Positions 57,933 through 64,000 of a DNA stretch of 64,000 nucleotides are shown one piece after another (the stretch's first letter is position 1; each line of letters begins with the position of its first letter). Source of the stretch: Halobacteriovoraceae bacterium (GTDB lineage Bacteria > Bdellovibrionota > Bacteriovoracia > Bacteriovoracales > Bacteriovoracaceae); contig CAVRCF010000004.1 in the NCBI GenBank assembly GCA_963719505.1, positions 192,001 through 256,000 on the forward strand, in the 5' to 3' direction. The position numbers were made by a program, and so were the translations under genes. Under the pieces are notes generated by a model, which had not been told where the DNA came from, searched no databases, and saw nothing but the letters and a program-made list of their open reading frames with translations.

Positions 57933-60689
57933 TTATTTTTTAAATGAAGTTTTAATAATATTTTCTTGTTCTTTTAGTGGACTTGGGAGTGCCCAGTTGC
58001 TGGAGTCGAACTCATCGGTCTTGCAATGACATTAAAGTTCATAAACGTTTTGTGCTCACGTGTTAATGAGATGATCCCACGAACCCATATTCATTGGCTC
58101 TTCTTGCACCCAAATAAACTCTGGCTTTTGCCATAGCTCTTTAACCATCTTTGTCAACTTGCTCTTTAGGAAAAGGGTAAAGCTGCTCAAGTCTAACAAT
58201 TGCTATATCTTTAATTTTATTTTCTTCTCTTTGCTTTTCAATAGTTCGTAGTAGATTTTTCCTGTACAAAAGAGAACTCTTCTTGTCGATTTTCTTGTCA
58301 CGACATTTGATCATCGATAAGCTTCTTGAAACTTTCCCTTAGCGTTAGATCTCAGACTGTTGATGACACATTCACTACCTCGTAAGAAGTGACTTTGGAG
58401 TGACAAACTATAAGTGGTTTTCTAAATTCCCATTTTTGTTGGCGTCTTAGTGCATGAAACATATTTGCAGGTGTCGTACAGTTACAAACAACCATATTAT
58501 CTTCGGCGCATAGTTGTAGGTATCTTTCTGGGCGACAACTTGAATGTTCTGGTCCTTGTCCTTCATATCCGTGAGGAAGAAGCATGGTGATGCCACTCAT
58601 TCGCTCCCATTTAGATTCAGCAGATGAAATAAATTGGTCAATAACAACTTGAGCTGTATTTGAGAAGTCACCAAATTGAGCTTCCCAAATATTTAAGCTT
58701 TTTGGACTTGCTAGAGAGTATCCATATTCAAAAGCTAAAACGGCATATTCAGAGAGGTGAGAGTTGTAGATTTTCATCTCACCTTGTTTCTCTTTGAGAT
58801 GTGCCAGTCCACAATAAGGCTCTGCCGTTTTTTCATCAAAAACTTTTGCATGTCTGTGTGAAAATGTTCCTCTGATAACGTCTTGACCTGTGAAACGAAC
58901 ATTGTTTCCTTCTAGAAGAAGTGATCCATAGGCGAGAAGCTCTCCCATGGCCCAGTCAATTCTTCCCTCTTTATAGCGCTCTTTTCTATCTTGAATAATT
59001 TTTCCAGCTTTTTTAAGAAGATTAAAATCTTTTGGAGCTGAGGTAATTTTATCAAGAATAAGATCTAAGTCCTTTTTAGCAACTTTCGTTTCAGGAGATT
59101 TTTCAAAGTCTTTATTTGTTGACCATCTTAAATCTAGCCATTCTGTATGAGGCCCTTTTGCTTTTTCTTTTGTGACCTTTTTCTCTCTTACATCATTTAG
59201 TCTGTCGGATAGCATCTTTGGTAAACTGATTCTCCATTTTTTCAGCAAGTTCTTTGTATTCAGAATCTCTATTAGCTAAAAATTCATTATAAAGTTCTCT
59301 TGGATTTTTAGTTTTCTAAATCAGTCCGTAGAGCTGTGGTTGAGTAAACTTTGGTTCATCGCCTTCATTGTGTCCGTGCTTTCTATAACAAACCATATCG
59401 ATAAAAATATCTGTTTTAAATTTTTGTCTAAACTCCATGGCAAATTCCATGGCGTAAACAACACTTTCTGGATCGTCACCATTGACGTGTAAAATAGGGG
59501 CATCAAGGGTTCTTGCGATTGAGGTACAGTAGTGACTTGATCGTGCATCTTGCCAGTCGGTAGTGAATCCAATTTGGTTATTAATGACAAAGTGAATAGC
59601 TCCACCACATTGATAAGCCGGTAAGGTCTGCCATCTGAAGTGTTTCATAAACAATACCTTGCCCAGCAACAGCCGCATCTCCATGAATCATAATCGGCAC
59701 AACTTGATTGACGTCTTTATTATAGCGAATATCAGATTGAGCTCTCGCATACCCAAGGGCCACTGGTCCAACACTCTCAAGGTGACTTGGATTATGCATA
59801 ATTTTTAAAAAGACTTTATCGCCTTTGGAGTTTTTCTAATGGAAGAGAAACCTTGGTGGTATTTAACATCACCACCACCTGTATGCTCTATTTCGTCTCC
59901 TGGTTCAAATTCTTTAAAAATGAATTCATAAGATTTACCGATAATATTAGCAAGAACATTTAGTCGTCCTCTGTGGGCCATTCCAAAGACAAACTCTTTG
60001 GCACCAAGTTCAGCACCTTTAGTAATAAGAGCATCAAGACCAGGTATTGTTGTCTCTCCACCTTCAAGTGAGAATCTTTTTTGTCCAATATATTTTGATT
60101 GTAAAAACTCTTCAAACATCGTTGCTTCATTGAGTTTTTCTAGAATTCTTTTTTTCTTCTCCATAGGAAGATCAATTGTGTGTGCTTCAGACTCGAACTT
60201 ATCTCTAACCCAGCGACGAATTTCAGTATTCATAGAGTGGTAATATTCAATACCAATCTTGTAACAATATATTCTTCGCATATGGGTGATGATATCTTGA
60301 AGAGTTGAAGCGTTGTCTGGAAGACCGAGCATCTTTCCACACCAAAACGATTTAGATAAATCTGATTCTTCTAAGTCGTAGTCAGCTAGATTTAATCTTG
60401 CATGTCTGTCTTTTCTTGGACGAATGGGATTTGTATCTGAAAGAAGGTGTCCTCTTGATCTATAAGATTGAATAATTCTAAAAACATTAAATTCTTTTTT
60501 TAAGGTATTTTGATCAACATCACCTGAGCCTGCTTCATCAAACTTATATTCAAAACCTTGAAAAAACATTTTCCAGGATTCATCAACAGAATTGGGATCT
60601 TTTTTGAAGTCTTCATAGAGTGTATCGATGAAAACGGAGTCGGAGCTTGAGAGATGAGAGTAATCGGGTTTTGTTGTCATGATAGTCAT
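57933..60689 (-). pseudogene. sucA: 2-oxoglutarate dehydrogenase E1, multiply frameshifted in this sequence
   Basis: Fragments carry KRFSLEGGE, GMAHRGRLN, GDVKYH, NPSHLE, HGDAAVAGQG, NNQIGFTT, GHNEGDEP, RGTFSHRH, WEAQFGDF and GPEHSS in different frames. Confidence 0.92.
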
Positions 60690-60852
60690 GCCTTTATAGT
60701 TTTTAAATTGATCTAAACACCTATAATTATATGGTTATTCCTAGCTTTAGACAAGTTTGAACCAAGTGGGAAAAAAGGTTTTCTTCTAAATCTAACGATT
60801 GTAAGATGCCCATGTTTTAACTGCTCATCGATAACTTATTAAAGGAATTTAT

Positions 60853-61248
60853 ATGAAGAAATTATTATTAATAATGCTGCTATGTGTATGTGCTTCAAGT
60901 TTTGGAAAAGAAAAATGTGACTTTGACTTTGAGAAGTACTGTGCCTCGGTAGAATTTGATAAAAAGCCTTCTAGGTCTTACTCTTCGGACTTTAAACTCA
61001 CCTTTACCGATAAGAAAACTAAAAAGGTCGTGATTCCTAGCGAAAAAGTTTCAGCCTACCTTTGGATGAAAATGGACGGTGGTCATGAGCATGGGTCTGA
61101 TAAGGTTGAGATAGAAAAAAAGAAAGACCATTTTAAAGTGAAAAATGTTTGGTTTGTGATGGTTGGAAATTGGAAACTTTTTGTTTCGCTAAGCAGCAAA
61201 GAGGCTGATCAAGAAAAGAAGTCAATGATCGTCAATATTGGAAAATAA
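60853..61248 (+). CDS. Secreted YtkA/FixH-like protein with Met/His motif
   Basis: Signal peptide; WMKMDGGHEHGS and F.M.G.W. Confidence 0.65.
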   Translation: MKKLLLIMLLCVCASSFGKEKCDFDFEKYCASVEFDKKPSRSYSSDFKLTFTDKKTKKVVIPSEKVSAYLWMKMDGGHEHGSDKVEIEKKKDHFKVKNVWFVMVGNWKLFVSLSSKEADQEKKSMIVNIGK

Positions 61249-61262
61249 AAGGTTTTTAGTTT

Positions 61263-61778
61263 ATGAGTGAATTTATTGCAAAAAATCAGTTTGTTATTTT
61301 TACGGCTTTGGGTTTAGCCGTTTTTATTCTTTCCATTTATTTAGGTCTTATTATTAACCAAGTGAAGAAACAGAAAGTTGTCTTTGAACGCCAAAGAAAA
61401 AAAGCTGTTGAAGCGGCCGTTAAAAGAGAGCTTTTTATTCTGGAGAGTATTGAAATTATCTGTAAAGGTGTGATTCAAGATCAATGTGAAGTCTCTGAGG
61501 GAGTTTTAAGAATAAAGAACCTCAAGGATCAACTTGAGTACATGTCGATGGATATGGATCTTCAAGTCTTTGACCAGATGTACAGCGAAATAGAGCAATT
61601 TGACACTCTTGAAGCAAGAAGTGAGCTCTCTAAACAAGAACGTTTTAATCAGGACAAGAAGAGATTCTCAATTGAAAATGAATACAAAGATAGAGTTGTT
61701 GAGTGTAGCCGAGACCTTCTTATCTATGTGAAACAAAAAATTCAGATGATTAACGACACCGAAAAACCCACAGTTTAA
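61263..61778 (+). CDS. DUF2489 family protein
   Basis: N-terminal TM; ESI.II....Q.QCEVSEG..RI and L.KQER...D..R. Confidence 0.8.
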   Translation: MSEFIAKNQFVIFTALGLAVFILSIYLGLIINQVKKQKVVFERQRKKAVEAAVKRELFILESIEIICKGVIQDQCEVSEGVLRIKNLKDQLEYMSMDMDLQVFDQMYSEIEQFDTLEARSELSKQERFNQDKKRFSIENEYKDRVVECSRDLLIYVKQKIQMINDTEKPTV

Positions 61779-61893
61779 TTGAGTTAAATTTTATAAGCCA
61801 TCATGATGTACCTTTATGGATTAGATTTTTTTAAAGAAGTAACCAGGCATACTATTGCTTTTTGTTGTTATGATTTATGAAAGTTTATTTAAG

Positions 61894-61934
61894 TGTTCGA
61901 TTCTATAAATGATTAGCATTTATAGAATCGAACA
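61894..61934. terminator. Long perfect inverted repeat between convergent genes
   Basis: tgttcgattctataaatg-attag-catttatagaatcgaaca (18-bp stem). Confidence 0.7.
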
Positions 61935-61941
61935 AAATATA

Positions 61942-62469
61942 TTATGGATTGTAAGGTAGTGAAGAGTCTTGGATCGTTATTTTGATCTCAGTTCCTCTTT
62001 TAATGAATCCTAAAGTATACTCTACTTTTGTTTCTTCACCATCTAGATTCGTGAAGAAGTAATGTCCCATTGCAATTCCTTTCATACCATAAGTGATGAT
62101 ATTATGGTTTTCAAAACGAACTTTTGTCCAAGGTGCAATTGCAAAGCCTTTATCCTCTGGGAAGTTAGCATTACCTCCTACGAAATACGATAAAGCACCT
62201 TCGACTGTAGGTCTAAACGGTATATCTGCAGCAAGAGTTGGTTTAAAAAGAACAGTTCCCTTCTCGTAGTCGTATAGACGCATGATCTGACTTTTTGCTT
62301 CAGCTGAATAGTCCCCACCGTTTGTGAATACTTTCCCAATTTTTACAATTGATTTTCCCCAGTCTTCTTGAGTGGTTTTTACTTCGTCGATTGTTATTCC
62401 ATAAGACTGTGCGAATGCTGATGTCGTTAAAGTTAAAAAGAGTGCTGCTACTAAAGATTTAATTTTCAT
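61942..62469 (-). CDS. COG4337-type (iota-carbonic-anhydrase-like, NTF2 fold) secreted protein, variant motif
   Basis: SD aggag; signal peptide; VLFKPTLA, GALSYFVGG, EDKGFA..PW..VRFEN, AMG.YFF, KVEYT; C-terminal QDSSLPY. Confidence 0.75.
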   Translation of the reverse strand: MKIKSLVAALFLTLTTSAFAQSYGITIDEVKTTQEDWGKSIVKIGKVFTNGGDYSAEAKSQIMRLYDYEKGTVLFKPTLAADIPFRPTVEGALSYFVGGNANFPEDKGFAIAPWTKVRFENHNIITYGMKGIAMGHYFFTNLDGEETKVEYTLGFIKRGTEIKITIQDSSLPYNP

Positions 62470-62676
62470 AATGTCTCCTATGACTATGTTTTTGGTAAGT
62501 AATCATGAAACTAAAATTAAAGAAAAACTTTTAGCAAATGTGTGGGTGATAAAAAATATAAGGAAAAATCTTAGCCATAAGTTAGACAGCAAGTCCGTAT
62601 AGCTATCACTTTGGTGAGATAGATCGAATAGTTCTATAAAATCAAACGAAATCTAAAGATATGCTAACTTGAGTTC

Positions 62677-62989
62677 TTAATTGTCTAGAGTGTAGTTTTC
62701 TAATCGAAAAGGCTGTTCAATTTCTCTATTACTAGATTTACCTCTCATTTCTTCTCCGGTGGTAAAAAATGAAACTCGACTGAGGTACTAATTCTTTTGT
62801 TGCAATTCCATAGCCCTGCTTAGGTATCAATTGGAAGATTAATTTTCTCTTAGCCTTATTTAAAGAGCTATTTAGAGCTTTAATCATAGCAAGCTCCAAA
62901 TTCTAATAAAAGACATTTTTATGGTTTCCTATATCTAGGGCAAGAGATGCTTTCGTTTTTATTAGTAATGTTACTACGAGTTTTATCAT
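62677..62989 (-). pseudogene. Possible decayed small gene
   Basis: MIKLVVTLLIKTKASLA... with an in-frame TAG and a frameshift in a homopolymer near 62765, inside an otherwise empty 620-bp gap. Confidence 0.3.
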
Positions 62990-63089
62990 AGTTAGATTCT
63001 TAAGATTGATATACAAAAGACTCTAAGCAGTACTCATGGATTAATTTTGAAAGTGAAGAAAAAAATCGATCGATTCAATTTTATGGCAA

Positions 63090-63809
63090 CTAATCAGCAA
63101 AAGCCTCATCGTCAAAACCCACGCGACCAATAAAGGGAAGTTTCAGCGCCAAGGGGTAAAAATCGAGACCAAAATTGAGGGCAAGAATATTTACCTCTAC
63201 TCCTTCCTCTAAACCAACAGCTAGACCTAAAACCCCAAAAGCATTTGCTTGGACTCCGGTACCACTAGGAGTGAGACCAGCAAATTTATATTCGATGGGC
63301 CAGTCTTTTCCAATGGCGTGAGGGGGAAGCGTGATTTTAATCTCGTCTGTATTTTGAATTAAGTAGGTCACAAATGTGTTGCTGTTTGGACCGGGATAGA
63401 TTCGGTAAGTATCTGCATAAGGGTAAACTTTAATGAGTTCTTTAAATCTTTTAATTATCTTGTCGGCTTTGTCTGCGCGCGCTTCAAAAATAACTTCGGG
63501 ATCGCTCCCATACCATTTACGATCGGGTATATCTTGATCAACAGCAACAGCCGAGCCGGTAGATCTTAACCTCCAGCCGATGACTTGAGCCACAGTATAG
63601 GTTTTATCATCTTTCTTTTTCCATGCAACCCACGGGTGCACAGCAAAGTTTCCTCTCCAGCTAAAGGCGCGAGCGGTATAAATTTGAACTATAGATTCTT
63701 TAATATCATCAGTTAAAAGAGGAGCGAGCTTTGCACTATCGCGAGAAGCTGTTCTCCAGTTTTGATTACTACATGATAAAATAAGAAAAAGAAGGGCGAT
63801 TGATTTCAT
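63090..63809 (-). CDS. DUF3750 family lipoprotein
   Basis: Lipobox ILSC; W..ASRDSA.LAP, VQIY.ARA..WRG.FAVH.W, PGPNSNTF, LPP.AIGKD. Confidence 0.85.
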   Translation of the reverse strand: MKSIALLFLILSCSNQNWRTASRDSAKLAPLLTDDIKESIVQIYTARAFSWRGNFAVHPWVAWKKKDDKTYTVAQVIGWRLRSTGSAVAVDQDIPDRKWYGSDPEVIFEARADKADKIIKRFKELIKVYPYADTYRIYPGPNSNTFVTYLIQNTDEIKITLPPHAIGKDWPIEYKFAGLTPSGTGVQANAFGVLGLAVGLEEGVEVNILALNFGLDFYPLALKLPFIGRVGFDDEAFAD

Positions 63810-63875
63810 AGTGACAAGTATACCTTATATCAAAAATGAATGCTGACTTTTATCGATATCGGATAAAACGCAGTA

Positions 63876-64000
63876 TTAATACTTTAAAATCTTTCGAAGA
63901 ATCTTATCCATGAGTTTATCAGGCAGATATTTAAAAATATTTTGCGTGATAAATGAGCTATTACCCATATAGTATCTTGTCTTTGGTTCTTTGGATGTTA
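63876..64000 (-). CDS. C-terminal end of a probable SDR oxidoreductase (partial)
   Basis: ...SKEPKTRYYMG...LPDKLMDKIL..*, a typical SDR tail; the rest lies outside the window. Confidence 0.55.
   Translation of the reverse strand, partial: TSKEPKTRYYMGNSSFITQNIFKYLPDKLMDKILRKILKY

Noticed and set aside
57300-59830. Programmed frameshifting or an alternative genetic code in sucAB
   Set aside because: Too many breaks, no consistent slippery motif, and all three stop codons terminate other genes normally
534-60243. Many 60-120 aa antisense or alternate-frame ORFs in the track (e.g. 14738..15100, 26800..27123, 54008..54349, 57591..57947)
   Set aside because: Shadows of well-supported genes, with no SD or motifs
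61894-61934. MITE, REP or CRISPR repeat
   Set aside because: Single copy in the window, no spacers or target duplication; its position between convergent genes fits a terminator
1-64000. tRNA, rRNA, CRISPR, prophage, IS or anti-phage defence island
   Set aside because: No cloverleaf or T-loop context, repeat-spacer array, integrase, transposase or recognisable defence domain found by eye

Overview
AT-rich, gene-dense bacterial chromosomal window with about 65 CDS. I found no rRNA, tRNA, CRISPR array or mobile element. The many signal-peptide hypotheticals, secreted peptidases and sigma28-type promoters suggest a predatory Bdellovibrionota (Bacteriovorax/Halobacteriovorax-like); this assignment is inference. 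Recognisable content: an M14 carboxypeptidase (partial); a translationally coupled six-gene operon (secreted protein, MtnK-like kinase, YnjBCD-like ABC importer, exported ADP-ribosylglycohydrolase); class II RNR nrdJ with tandem NrdR boxes; ygiQ; an MMPL transporter; a TPP II-like subtilase lipoprotein; mgtC; adenosine deaminase; a TatT-DctPQM (TPAT) transporter; divergent lysC/asd; a CarH-like MerR regulator lacking cobalamin ligands; tcdA/tatD; an exported nucleoside hydrolase; and sucA-sucB-lpdA, where sucA and sucB carry many frameshifts that are probably assembly errors. The best candidate for an undescribed system is the MtnK/YnjBCD/exported-ARH operon, a possible ribose or ADP-ribose scavenging pathway. 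Also notable: a 33-aa K/R-rich microprotein missed by the ORF track, a COG4337 iota-carbonic-anhydrase-like protein with HHSS changed to QDSS, and repeated signs of leaderless transcripts from both sigma70 and sigma28 promoters. All family calls come from motif recognition by eye; no database search was run.
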